Below are positions 17,001-25,548 of a DNA stretch of 48,942 nt, in pieces. Source of the stretch: Eggerthellaceae bacterium (lineage in GTDB: Bacteria; Actinomycetota; Coriobacteriia; Coriobacteriales; Eggerthellaceae); assembly GCA_048242115.1 (NCBI GenBank), contig DBFAWQ010000079.1, positions 1 through 48,942 of the forward strand, given 5' to 3'. The position numbers were made by a program, and so were the translations under genes. Position 1 is the stretch's first letter. Every line of letters begins with the position of its first letter. The notes under the pieces were generated by a model. That model did no database searches. It saw only the letters and a list, made by a program, of their open reading frames with translations, and was not told the origin of the DNA.

Positions 17001-19077
17001 GGACCCCGACGCCGTGACCCAGGTGGAGCGCGACCTGCAGCACCTGAGCGACGCGCGGAAGCTGCGCGGCGCGGAAGGGGCCTTCGACCTGCTTCGATGG
17101 CTGGGCCCTTTGAGCGAGGAGCAGCTTTCGCTGCGGATGCGCGACGCGCGAAGCGACGTGGCGTCGGCGCTGGCCCGGCTGCAGGCCGAGCATCGGGCGT
17201 TCGAGACCGTCCTGGGCCGGGAGAGGCGGTGGGTAGCCGCCGACGACGGGCCGCTGCTGGCCCGGGCCGTAGACCTGGAGCTTCCGCCCTGGGCCGCCCG
17301 CACCGCGCCCCCGCAGCCCCCCGCTGCGCGAAACGACGAACCGGCCACCGACGAGCTTCTGGCCCGCTTCGCCCGAACCCATGCCGTTTGGAGCATCGAC
17401 GACGCCGCTTCCGCCCTGGGCCTGGGCCCCCAGCCGGTCCAGGAGGCGGCCGAGCGCTTGGAGGCGGCCACGCGCATCGTGCGCGCAGGCGAGCGCCGAT
17501 GGGTCGATTCCAGCGTGCTCAAGCGGCTGCGCACGGCGAGCCTGGCCGTCGCAAGGGCTGCCGTGCAGCCTGTTTCCGCCCGGGCGTTCGTCGCGCAGCT
17601 CATCGACCGCCAGGGGCTTGCCCAAGCGGAACGCGGTCCCGCCCGGGAAGGGGTCGAGGGGGTGGCCTGGGTGATTGCCCAGTTCGAAGGGGTCTACCTC
17701 CCCATGGCCGCCTGGGACGACGTGGTGCTGCCCGCCCGAATCGCTCGTTACCGGCCATCCTTGCTCGAGGAACACGTCGCGACAGGAGAGGTGCTCTGGG
17801 CGGCGGATGCCCACGGGCGCATCGCGTTCTTCCCCACCGACTCCCCCCTGGCGCCGGTTCCCTGCAGCGGTGCGGATTCGGAGACTCCCCCCACCGCCCA
17901 CGGCGGGAAGCCCCTCCCGGAAGGCGCCGAACGCACCCCGGCGGCGCAGGTGCGCAAGGCCCTCCGTGCGGAGGGCCCGATGACGTTTAGCCAGATAGCC
18001 GACGCCGTCGCCGCAGATTCCGGCACGGCGCTGCCCGACGCGGCAGTCGCGCGGGCGCTTGCGGCCCTCGTACGCAACGGCGAGGCCGCAAGCGACGGGC
18101 TGTCGTTTCCCAGGGCCGACAAGCAGCAGCTAGACCGCGCGATGGGATCGGGGGAAGCCTCCCGGGGCAGCACGACCGCACGCCCCCTTCCCCCGCACCC
18201 ACCCGCAGGACGCCGCGCATCGAGCCGCCGGACGAGCCTGCGCTACCGCGAGGCGAAGGCAAGCGCCCGCAGCGTCGCCGCGTCCAAGGTCTTCGCCCGC
18301 TCGGCCTTCCAGGAGGCCTTCGCCGGGCGATGGGCCCTGCTGGACGAACCGGAAGCGTCCGAAACCTTGCAGGCGTTGGGCCTGGTCGACTCTCTTCTGG
18401 ACCGATACGGCGTCGTCAGCCGCGATATCGCCCTCGCAGGCGGCGTGCCCGGCGGCCTGGACAGCCTCATGCCGGTGCTTCGCCAGATGGAGTCGGCAGG
18501 AGATATCGCCCGCGGCATGTTCGTGGAGGGACTGGGGCCGATTCAGTTCGCCACCAAGCAGACCGTGGACGGGTTGCGCCGCGTCCAGTCGAATCTCGAC
18601 GAAACGTCCGCCGACGGGGCTCCCGAGACGGCACCGAGCCCCGAATCCCTGGCCGTGCTCGACGCCGACGACCCGGCGAACCTCTTCGGAACGGCCATCG
18701 CGTGGCCTGACGTCTGCGAAACGGCGGCCGGGGAGGTCCCCCTCATCGATTCCGCCCTTGCCGCCAGACCGACCCGCCGCGACGGATCGCTCACCGTGGT
18801 GGCCGACGGAGCCCCGGTGCTCTGGGCATCCCCCGGTCTTAAGAACCTGCTTCTGTTCACCGGCGACCAGAAGCTCCTCGGCCGGGCGGTCCGTGCTTTG
18901 GCGAACCGTCAGAAGGAGGCGGCAAGGCGTCCGAACGCCCTGGGAGCCCGAACGAAGCTGCTGGTGGAGACCGTGAACGGACGGCCCGCGCTCACAAGCC
19001 CCCTCGCCGAGGCGCTGCAGGCCGCCGGGTTCGTGCGGCTGCCGGACGGACTGCGGCTCTACGCAGACCCCTTCTAG
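14074..19077 (+). CDS. lhr: Long-form Lhr DEAD/H-box helicase with C-terminal winged-helix/glycosylase-like region
   Basis: APTGSGKT, SPLKAL, TTPESL, DEVH, HHGS, TSSLELGIDMG, QRIGRA, GELDEEMV.ESRVGD; C-terminal LLDRYGV and DPAN motifs. Confidence 0.95.
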   Translation: MEDSVPSPKAPWPASFSQPVRQWFASAFPSPTEVQSRAWSTIQSGGNALVIAPTGSGKTLAAFLFAIDRIISQKTCAPSADPWKPGVRILYVSPLKALGADVQRNLEQPLAAIGSLEGGAPVTTAVRSGDSTPDERRRIQRTPPDILITTPESLYLMLTSQASQVLHTVETVIVDEVHSIAGSKRGAHLSLSLERLDNLLGHPAQRIGLSATVRPRNEIARYLGGCHPVTIVADDAPPKLDLSVRVPIPDMAAIPAFGGRGGFAGRGDPVASARYRGKGDPIKALAAKGAATSTPDTRSGSVSIWPYIEAEVLDQILAHRSTIVFVNSRGLCERFTARLNELFAERSGHSPRHSESAGWWSDAGSASEGAPTAYRSSMGSSTEMGQGADAIVAKAHHGSVAKARRQQIERELKRGELPCVVATSSLELGIDMGEVDLVIQIAPPPSVASGLQRIGRANHQVEGRSVGQIYPKVRPELIDAAVMARGMEEGAIEPTALVENALDVLAQQTVAAAAMAPDGLSADEWLATVRKSACFSNLGKRSFESVLEMLAGRYDSGEVAAFSPRILWDRGTGLLTARPHSQRLAVSNAGTIPDRGSYAVVLPEGDGKAGRKRVGELDEEMVHESRVGDIIALGTSTWRIAEIEADRVVVQPAPGRSARLPFWHGDAPARPVETGYARGAFLRQCATALPPADEARGAAGTAAFDQEFDSRLEALGLDRFSRDNLAQLLLAQRSATGALPTDRTLVVEQCQDETGDWRVILHSPFGRKVHEPWALAVSERVRNVWGFDTHAAASDDGILLRVPAAADAVPGFELFRFDPDELDQTVRNLVGSTSLFAARFRECAARALLTSPGSPGKRTPLWQQRLQAGQLLEAARRQQDFPLLAEAMRECLVDDFDMGSLHRIMADLQSDRIVGRTVATQTPSPLAAALIFGYVGEHIYDGDLPHAERKAALLSVDQQLLSELLGGKGATVEDLLDPDAVTQVERDLQHLSDARKLRGAEGAFDLLRWLGPLSEEQLSLRMRDARSDVASALARLQAEHRAFETVLGRERRWVAADDGPLLARAVDLELPPWAARTAPPQPPAARNDEPATDELLARFARTHAVWSIDDAASALGLGPQPVQEAAERLEAATRIVRAGERRWVDSSVLKRLRTASLAVARAAVQPVSARAFVAQLIDRQGLAQAERGPAREGVEGVAWVIAQFEGVYLPMAAWDDVVLPARIARYRPSLLEEHVATGEVLWAADAHGRIAFFPTDSPLAPVPCSGADSETPPTAHGGKPLPEGAERTPAAQVRKALRAEGPMTFSQIADAVAADSGTALPDAAVARALAALVRNGEAASDGLSFPRADKQQLDRAMGSGEASRGSTTARPLPPHPPAGRRASSRRTSLRYREAKASARSVAASKVFARSAFQEAFAGRWALLDEPEASETLQALGLVDSLLDRYGVVSRDIALAGGVPGGLDSLMPVLRQMESAGDIARGMFVEGLGPIQFATKQTVDGLRRVQSNLDETSADGAPETAPSPESLAVLDADDPANLFGTAIAWPDVCETAAGEVPLIDSALAARPTRRDGSLTVVADGAPVLWASPGLKNLLLFTGDQKLLGRAVRALANRQKEAARRPNALGARTKLLVETVNGRPALTSPLAEALQAAGFVRLPDGLRLYADPF

Positions 19078-19232
19078 GAAGGTGCCGAACGCTGGCCCCA
19101 TGGCTGCGGCAATGTGATACGCTGTCAAGAGGCTGACGGGAACGGAGCCCGCGTCTTTTGTCGCGCCGCTTCGCCGCCGAGGGGAATACCTGATCGCGCC
19201 GGCACACGGGGCTTAGCAGGGGGGATAGGCTC

Positions 19233-20186
19233 GTGGTTAGCATCTACATCGCGCTCTACCTGTTCCTGGCGGGAACGGGCGGTTGCGCCTTCCTCGTCGG
19301 ATCGGTGACTGACCTGGTGCTGCGCGCGCGTCCGCTCGCCGCCGGGGGCTGGTTCTCGCGCGTAAGCGTCGTGACCGATGCGGGCCTGGCGGTTGGGCCC
19401 GCGCTGGTAGGAGCGAGCGCCCTGTTCCTCCTGCTGGACTTGGGCGTTCCCGAAAAGGCGCTCTGCCTGTTCACCTATGCCAGCCCAAGCCTGCTGTCGA
19501 TGGGGGCCTGGGGCATCGCGCTCTTCTGCGTCACCGCCTGCGGAGCCCTGGCCCTGGGCGTCCTAGCCGACAACGCCTTCTGCACCGTCGCCCCGGAAAG
19601 CACACCCGCAGCCGCAACGCTGCTTCGAGCGCTCGAGATGGCATGCACCGTTGCCGCGACGGTCCTGGCCGCATTCGTCGCCGTTTACTCCGGCGCATTC
19701 CTGGCCTCCTATTCGACTCTTCCCTTCCTGAATACGCCGCTTCTGCCCGTCCTCTTCGTCGCCTCCTCGATGGCGACCGGGTTGGCATCGCTCATCGCCA
19801 TCTCGTTCTTCCGCCAGAACGTCGCCGGCATGGCCGAGGGAGTCCGCTCGCTGCTCGGGCTCGACCTGTCGCTGGTCGTCGCGGAGGCCGCAGCCCTCAC
19901 AACCTTCCTCGTCTTCTCCGCCTTCCGGTCGGCCCCGTCGCTGGAGTCGACCATAGCGCTCATGATCGGCCCCCCGGCTCCCCTTTTCTGGGGCGCCGTC
20001 GTAGCGGGTGGCCTGCTTGTTCCTTTCGCAGTGGATGCGGTCTGCCGGAAGAACCTCTCGTTCACAGCCGTCGGCGTGGCCGCAGCAGCGTCGCTCACCG
20101 GAGGGTTGTGCCTGCGAATCGTCCTGCTCATGACCACCCAGCGCCTGAATCTTGCCACTGCGGCCGTTTTGGCCTTCTGGTGCTGA
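19233..20186 (+). CDS. NrfD/PsrC-family membrane anchor subunit
   Basis: YLFLAG.GG, L.LDLG.P, S.LS.GAW, YSG.FL, PLLPVLFVAS; about 8 TM helices. Confidence 0.88.
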   Translation: MVSIYIALYLFLAGTGGCAFLVGSVTDLVLRARPLAAGGWFSRVSVVTDAGLAVGPALVGASALFLLLDLGVPEKALCLFTYASPSLLSMGAWGIALFCVTACGALALGVLADNAFCTVAPESTPAAATLLRALEMACTVAATVLAAFVAVYSGAFLASYSTLPFLNTPLLPVLFVASSMATGLASLIAISFFRQNVAGMAEGVRSLLGLDLSLVVAEAAALTTFLVFSAFRSAPSLESTIALMIGPPAPLFWGAVVAGGLLVPFAVDAVCRKNLSFTAVGVAAAASLTGGLCLRIVLLMTTQRLNLATAAVLAFWC

Positions 20187-20204
20187 ACCGCGGCCGATTG
20201 TCCT

Positions 20205-20227
20205 TGTGCTATGTGATACTATGACAC
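20205..20227 (+). promoter_or_regulatory. Putative GntR/YtrA-type operator overlapping the gntR promoter
   Basis: TGTGCTATGTGATACTATGACAC (TGT..TA-N8-TA..ACA) 30 nt before the gntR ATG. Confidence 0.55.
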
Positions 20228-20256
20228 GGTTAGTCAACCGATTGAAAGAGCCGCCC

Positions 20257-20709
20257 ATGACCTCTACCATCCTCCAGGAAAGCACCCGCGGCATCGCAAG
20301 CGACCCGGCCTCGGTCGGCAAGCAGAACGAGTTCCGCATCAACGAGAAGAGCGTCATCCCCATCTGGATCCAGATTCGCAAGCGGCTGGTGTACCTCATC
20401 TCCTCCGGAAAGTTCGAACGAGGCGAGAGGCTTCCCTCGGTCCGCGAGCTCTCCGTCGAGCTGGGAGTCAACTACAACACGGTGAACAAGGTGTACCAGG
20501 ACCTGGAGCGGGACGGCTACATCTGCTCGCAGCGGGGCCGCGGCACCTTCGTGACCGATCTCAAGAACGTGAAGCTTTCCGCCGTGGACCAGGACGTGGA
20601 GGCCATGGCCATCGACTTCGTCCAGCAGGCGCTGGCCAAGGGCATGACCTCGGAAGACATCCACGACCTAGTCTCCGAGCAGCTGATACTGCTGGGATCG
20701 TCAATCTAG
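20257..20709 (+). CDS. GntR-family (YtrA-like) transcriptional regulator
   Basis: PIWIQI..LPSVRELS.ELGVNYNTVNKVYQDLE.DG...RGRGTFV; short C-terminal domain. Confidence 0.92.
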   Translation: MTSTILQESTRGIASDPASVGKQNEFRINEKSVIPIWIQIRKRLVYLISSGKFERGERLPSVRELSVELGVNYNTVNKVYQDLERDGYICSQRGRGTFVTDLKNVKLSAVDQDVEAMAIDFVQQALAKGMTSEDIHDLVSEQLILLGSSI

Positions 20710-20752
20710 GGCAACGTCGGCCACCGACCACCGAAAGCTGAGGGCAGCTGTC

Positions 20753-21685
20753 ATGAGAAGCAAGGCCAAGCAGGCACGGGAAGCCGCAGCAGACCCGACC
20801 CGCGCAACGGCGCTGGCGGGTTCCATGGCGGCGCCCACCGCGAAGAAGACGTCCCGCAACAGCGTCTACGTTTTCGCCATCGCGCTGTTCCTGCTGGTGT
20901 TCTCCGCAACGGCCGCCCTCCTCTGCACCGTGAGCCTTCCGGCGGCGGTCGTTGCGGGCTTGGCTCTGGGAATCCTGGCGGCCAGCACCCTGCGCATAGC
21001 CCCGCAGTGGGAGCGCCTGGTGATACTGCGCCTGGGGAAGTTCAACCGCATTGCCGGGCCAGGGCCCTACCTGGTCATTCCCATCGTCGAGACCGTAGCC
21101 GCGCGCGTGGACCAGCGCATGATCACCACCCCCTTCTCGGCCGAGGAGGCGCTCACCGCCGATTTGGTGCCCCTGGGGATAGACGCGGTCCTGTTCTGGC
21201 TGGTCTGGGATCCCAAGGACGCCTGCGTCGAGGTGGAGGACTACTCGTCGGCGGTGTGGTGGGCCGCCCAGACCGCCCTGCGCGACGCCGTGGGCCGCAT
21301 CAATCTGGGAGAGGTGGCCACCCGCCGCGAGCAGCTGGACAACGAGGTGAAGGAAATCCTGGAGGAAAAGACCCGCAATTGGGGCATCACCGTGGTATCG
21401 GTGGAGATCCGCGACATCGCCGTGCCGTCGGATCTGCAGGACGCCCTCTCCAAGGAAGCCCAGGCAGAGCGCGAGCGCAACTCCCGCCTGCTTCTGGCCG
21501 AGGTGGAGAAGGACATCTCCGAGATGTTCGTGGAGGCGGCCGGCATCTACGACCAGAACGACCGGGCCATGCAGCTGCGCACCATGAACCTCATCTACGA
21601 GAGCGTCAAGGAGAAGGGCGGCCTCGTCATAGCGCCGAGCGCTTTCGGGGAGGCGTTCAACAACATCGACAGCTTCCTGAAGTAG
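20753..21685 (+). CDS. SPFH/Band-7 (stomatin-like) membrane protein
   Basis: QWERLVILRLG, GPG, AAQTALRD, WGI.V..VEIRDI..P, QAERE. Confidence 0.92.
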   Translation: MRSKAKQAREAAADPTRATALAGSMAAPTAKKTSRNSVYVFAIALFLLVFSATAALLCTVSLPAAVVAGLALGILAASTLRIAPQWERLVILRLGKFNRIAGPGPYLVIPIVETVAARVDQRMITTPFSAEEALTADLVPLGIDAVLFWLVWDPKDACVEVEDYSSAVWWAAQTALRDAVGRINLGEVATRREQLDNEVKEILEEKTRNWGITVVSVEIRDIAVPSDLQDALSKEAQAERERNSRLLLAEVEKDISEMFVEAAGIYDQNDRAMQLRTMNLIYESVKEKGGLVIAPSAFGEAFNNIDSFLK

Positions 21686-21956
21686 CTGCCGCCCCGCCTG
21701 CCTCACCTACCCCCCCCCTTGGGCGAAGTACGCCATCGATCCCGCGCACTGCCAATCATGATGCAATCGCATAGATTACTATTTTCATCATTATTTACCC
21801 TTTTCAGAATTATGCACAAAGTAGAATAATTTATTTATTCGAAAGCGATTGATTGTCATAGTGACATAGTGTACCTTGATAATAGGCATTTCAGAGAGTG
21901 CCTAAACCGACCCTTCGCAAGGGGCGGAGGGGACAGAGGAGAAGGAGGTACACACC

Positions 21957-24728
21957 ATGAGCAAACGCGGTGCAAACGTGAGCCGTCGCAAGTTCGTGGC
22001 AGGAGCCGGAGCCCTAGCCATAGGTGCCGGACTCGCAGGATGCTCGTCGCCGGCACCGAGCAAGCCGGAGCAGGAGGAACCGCCCGCATCCGACAACAAG
22101 GAGGTCGAGGCCCAAGCCGCCGAGATTCTTCCCGAAAAGGTAGCCTACGCCGAGACCGACGGCGAATGGATTCCCACCACCTGTAACATGTGCTTCAACA
22201 CCTGCGCCATCCTAGCCCACGTGGTCGACGGCGTAGTCGTGGAGCTGAAGGGCAACCCGGATTGGCCCGGCGGCGGCCACATCTGTGGCAAGGGTGCTGC
22301 GGGCATCATGCAGCTGTACGACCCCAACCGCATCACCAAGCCCATGAAGCGCACGAACCCCGAGAAGGGCTTCGACATCGACCCCGGTTGGCAGGAAATC
22401 ACCTGGGACGAGGCCTACGAGCTCATCGACAGCAACATCAAGGAGACCTTGGCCCGCAACCCCTTCGGCATCGCCACCGCTTCGGCCGTCTCCAACCTGT
22501 CCGGCTGCGGCCTAAAGGGCAACCTCATCAAGACGATTTACCAGTGCTCGTTGGAAGGCACGAACTCCGACATCTGCGGATCGGGAGTACACCAGGTCAG
22601 CGACATGTTCTGCGGCACCGGCAATGCCATGCCCGACTACAAGTACTGCGAGTACCTGCTGCAGTTCGGCACCCAGGCAGGCACCGCCACGCGCCACGGC
22701 TTCAACCAGACCGCCGACCTTTTTGCGAAGCGTCGCGCCGAGGGCCTTCGCCTGGTGAACTTCGACCCCCACATGAGCGCTGGCGCCGAGAAAGCTGATT
22801 TGTGGGTGCCCATCCTCCCCGGAACCGATGCGGCGGCGGCCCTGGCCATCGCCCACGAACTGGTGGAAAACGGGCTCATCGATATCGACTACCTGAAGAA
22901 CCGCACGAACGGACCTGCGCTGGTCAACGTCGAGACGGGGCGCGTTGTTCGCAACGAGAACGACAAGGCGCTGTTCATGGACGCCACCGACAACACCGCA
23001 AAGCCCTACGACGAGTGCGCCGATCCGGTCTTGGAGGGCGAGTTCGACGTGGACGGCGTAACCTGCAAGACGGGCTTCACGCTGTACCGCGAGCATCTGG
23101 CCACCTACACGCCGGAGTACCAGGAGACCATCACCACCGTCCCCGCCGACACCATCCGCACCATCGCGAAGGAGTTCGGCAAGGCTGCCCGTATCGGCGA
23201 AACCATCACCATCGACGGCGTGGAGCTGCCGCTGCGCCCGGCGTGCGCGGACTGCTTCTCCGGTATCTCGCGCCACAAGCATTCCTTCCTGAGCCATTGG
23301 GCCATCATGTCGCTGAACATGCTGGTGGGTTCGGCCAACTATCCGGGCGGCTTCATCGGCTACGCCCCCATCTGCCACGGCTGGGCCGACGACAACCCGC
23401 AAGCGGCATGGACCATCACCACATGGGAGGACGACGGGTTCATCAATTGCAACTCCCTTATGTTCCCCTGGCCCTCCTCGCCTTACAAGACCATCAAGGA
23501 GGGCGACTTCACGCCGGCGAACTCCGCCATGCAGCAGCTCATGCCCTTCTCCATGGACCCGCACTTCGCCTTCATCACCCAGAAATACCCTGAGAAGTAC
23601 GGGATGGAGGCCCACGTTCCCGAGCTCATGATCGTCATGGGGGCCAACCCCATCAAGTGGTGGGGCAACTTCGACGAGCAGGCGGAGATCTTCAAGTCCT
23701 ACCGCTACGTCATCGGCATGGACATCTACCTAAACGAGTCCTCCTACTTCTTCGACCTGATCGTGCCCGAGGCTTGCTACCTGGAGCGCATGACGCCGCT
23801 GCCGCAGCACTTCCTGAACCATCGCACCATCGGCGGCATGGACATGCCCTGGCCCGTTACCATCAACCAGCCCGTGGTCGCGCCTAAGGACGACGCGCCC
23901 TCCATCCTGCAGTTCTGGTCCGAGCTGGCCGACCGAAACGGCAAGAACGCGGAGCTCATTGCAACGATGAACATGATGTACCGTGTGAAGGACGAGTACT
24001 CCATCCCCAAGGACGGCACCAAGCTAGAGCCGGAGGCCTTCGCCGACTCCATTCTGAAGTCACTCATCGACGAGGAGCACGACACCGACTGGTTCCGCAG
24101 CCACAACGGCGTGTACACCTACCCGCGCAAGGTGAACGAGGTGTACATCTGGGCCGACGGGCAGCCCGGACGCGTGCCGCTGTACGGCGATTTCATGCTG
24201 GCCTGCAAGGAGCGCGTGGAGGAGAAGGTCGCCGAGCTGGGCATTCCGTGGGAGACCGACGACTACCAGCCCTTCCCCGACTGGAAGCCCTGCGTGGACT
24301 TCGAGGTGACCGACCCCGATTACGGCTTCCTGCCGGTGTACTACACCGACGCCATCAACACCGACACCTTCGGGATGGAGAACCCCTGGATCAACGAGAT
24401 CAACGAGGCGAACCCCTACGCCTACACCGTTGAGATGAACAAGAAGGTGGCCGACGACATGGGCTTGAAGAGCGGCGACGAGGTGCGGCTGCTGAACAAG
24501 GACGGCGTATCGGTGGAGGGCAAGCTGGCGGTTTCCGAGGGCATCCACCCCTCGTGCGTGTCGGTTATCGGCGGCCATTGGGGATCGCGCTCGGAGTTCA
24601 TGCCCTTCGCCCAGGGCAAGGGCTCGCCCATCGTGCACCTCATCCCCGGTCAGGATGCATCTCGCCTGGACCATGTGTGTGCGGCGTTCGACCAGTGCGT
24701 GCGCATCAAAATCGAGAAAATCGCTTAG
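21957..24728 (+). CDS. Tat-exported bis-MGD molybdopterin oxidoreductase catalytic subunit (DMSO reductase family)
   Basis: SRRKFV Tat motif, LAGC lipobox, CNMCFNTC..C Fe-S motif, PMKRTNP.KG...DP, PGTDAA, C-terminal Mo-dinucleotide domain. Confidence 0.95.
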   Translation: MSKRGANVSRRKFVAGAGALAIGAGLAGCSSPAPSKPEQEEPPASDNKEVEAQAAEILPEKVAYAETDGEWIPTTCNMCFNTCAILAHVVDGVVVELKGNPDWPGGGHICGKGAAGIMQLYDPNRITKPMKRTNPEKGFDIDPGWQEITWDEAYELIDSNIKETLARNPFGIATASAVSNLSGCGLKGNLIKTIYQCSLEGTNSDICGSGVHQVSDMFCGTGNAMPDYKYCEYLLQFGTQAGTATRHGFNQTADLFAKRRAEGLRLVNFDPHMSAGAEKADLWVPILPGTDAAAALAIAHELVENGLIDIDYLKNRTNGPALVNVETGRVVRNENDKALFMDATDNTAKPYDECADPVLEGEFDVDGVTCKTGFTLYREHLATYTPEYQETITTVPADTIRTIAKEFGKAARIGETITIDGVELPLRPACADCFSGISRHKHSFLSHWAIMSLNMLVGSANYPGGFIGYAPICHGWADDNPQAAWTITTWEDDGFINCNSLMFPWPSSPYKTIKEGDFTPANSAMQQLMPFSMDPHFAFITQKYPEKYGMEAHVPELMIVMGANPIKWWGNFDEQAEIFKSYRYVIGMDIYLNESSYFFDLIVPEACYLERMTPLPQHFLNHRTIGGMDMPWPVTINQPVVAPKDDAPSILQFWSELADRNGKNAELIATMNMMYRVKDEYSIPKDGTKLEPEAFADSILKSLIDEEHDTDWFRSHNGVYTYPRKVNEVYIWADGQPGRVPLYGDFMLACKERVEEKVAELGIPWETDDYQPFPDWKPCVDFEVTDPDYGFLPVYYTDAINTDTFGMENPWINEINEANPYAYTVEMNKKVADDMGLKSGDEVRLLNKDGVSVEGKLAVSEGIHPSCVSVIGGHWGSRSEFMPFAQGKGSPIVHLIPGQDASRLDHVCAAFDQCVRIKIEKIA

Positions 24729-24743
24729 AGGGGGTAAACGACT

Positions 24744-25352
24744 ATGACCTATGGAATGCTCATAGACTTGAAGAAGTGCATCGGCTGCCATGCTTGCGCC
24801 ACCGCCTGCAAGGAAGCCCATGGAACCCCTCCGGGAGTGACTCGCGCCCATGTAGAGCGCAAGGTGGAGGGTACCTACCCCAACACGAAGGTCACACCAG
24901 TTCCCATGCTGTGCATGCAGTGCGAGAACGCCCCCTGCGTGGAGATTTGCCCCACGGGCGCAACTCAGAAGCGCGAGGACGGCATCGTGGTCATCAACAA
25001 GGACGTGTGCATCGGCTGCAAGTCCTGCATGACGGCCTGCCCTTACGGTGCCCGCTACTTCCGCGAGGATGAAAACGGCTACTTCGGGGCCGAGCTCAAC
25101 GAGTACGAGGACGTCATGTATCCCACCATGCCCAAGGGCACCGTCGACAAGTGCACCTTCTGCGCCGAGCGCATCGACGGCAAGCTGGGCCTCACCCAAG
25201 CCTGTGTAGCGGCCTGCCCCGCTGGCGCCCGCGTGTTCGGCGACCTTGAGGACATCAAGGCCCAAGCCCAGAAAGCCGGCGGCTACCAGCTGCTCGCCGA
25301 AGAGGGCACGAACCCCTCCGTGTGGTACATACCGGATAAGGTGAACGCCTAA
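24744..25352 (+). CDS. 4x[4Fe-4S] electron-transfer subunit (DmsB/NrfC/PsrB-like)
   Basis: CIGCHACATAC, CMQCENAPCVEICP, CIGCKSCMTACPY, KCTFC..ACVAACP. Confidence 0.95.
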   Translation: MTYGMLIDLKKCIGCHACATACKEAHGTPPGVTRAHVERKVEGTYPNTKVTPVPMLCMQCENAPCVEICPTGATQKREDGIVVINKDVCIGCKSCMTACPYGARYFREDENGYFGAELNEYEDVMYPTMPKGTVDKCTFCAERIDGKLGLTQACVAACPAGARVFGDLEDIKAQAQKAGGYQLLAEEGTNPSVWYIPDKVNA

Positions 25353-25548
25353 AGAGGAAACAGGTCGTCTCGCGCTGGCGGGAAGCGGCCCCTCCTTGGA
25401 CATCCACCCCTCCTAAGGCAGCGGTCGGCGCAAGCTGGCCGCTGCCTCGCTTTATGGGAAGGGCGCCCAATTTGCCCCGCACCGCACGATGGACAGCGGC
25501 TGGCCGCTATAATCATCTTGGATACCGCCACCGAGCCGAAAGGCCATC

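Noticed and set aside
14659..17901. Very long alternative-frame or antisense ORFs (e.g. 1080 aa here, 806 aa at 7958-10378, 574 aa at 33182-34906)
   Set aside because: Shadows of real genes in high-GC DNA; Arg/Gly/Pro-rich or antisense-codon composition, with no motifs.
21710..21718. C9 homopolymer as a phase-variation switch
   Set aside because: It is ~240 bp upstream of the next start, not between recognisable promoter elements, and unremarkable at this GC content.
21957..24728. Calling the molybdoenzyme arsenate reductase, formate dehydrogenase or a catechol dehydroxylase
   Set aside because: It lacks the ArrA (R/K)GRY motif and the FDH (C/U)H ligand motif, and there is no sequence basis here for a specific substrate.
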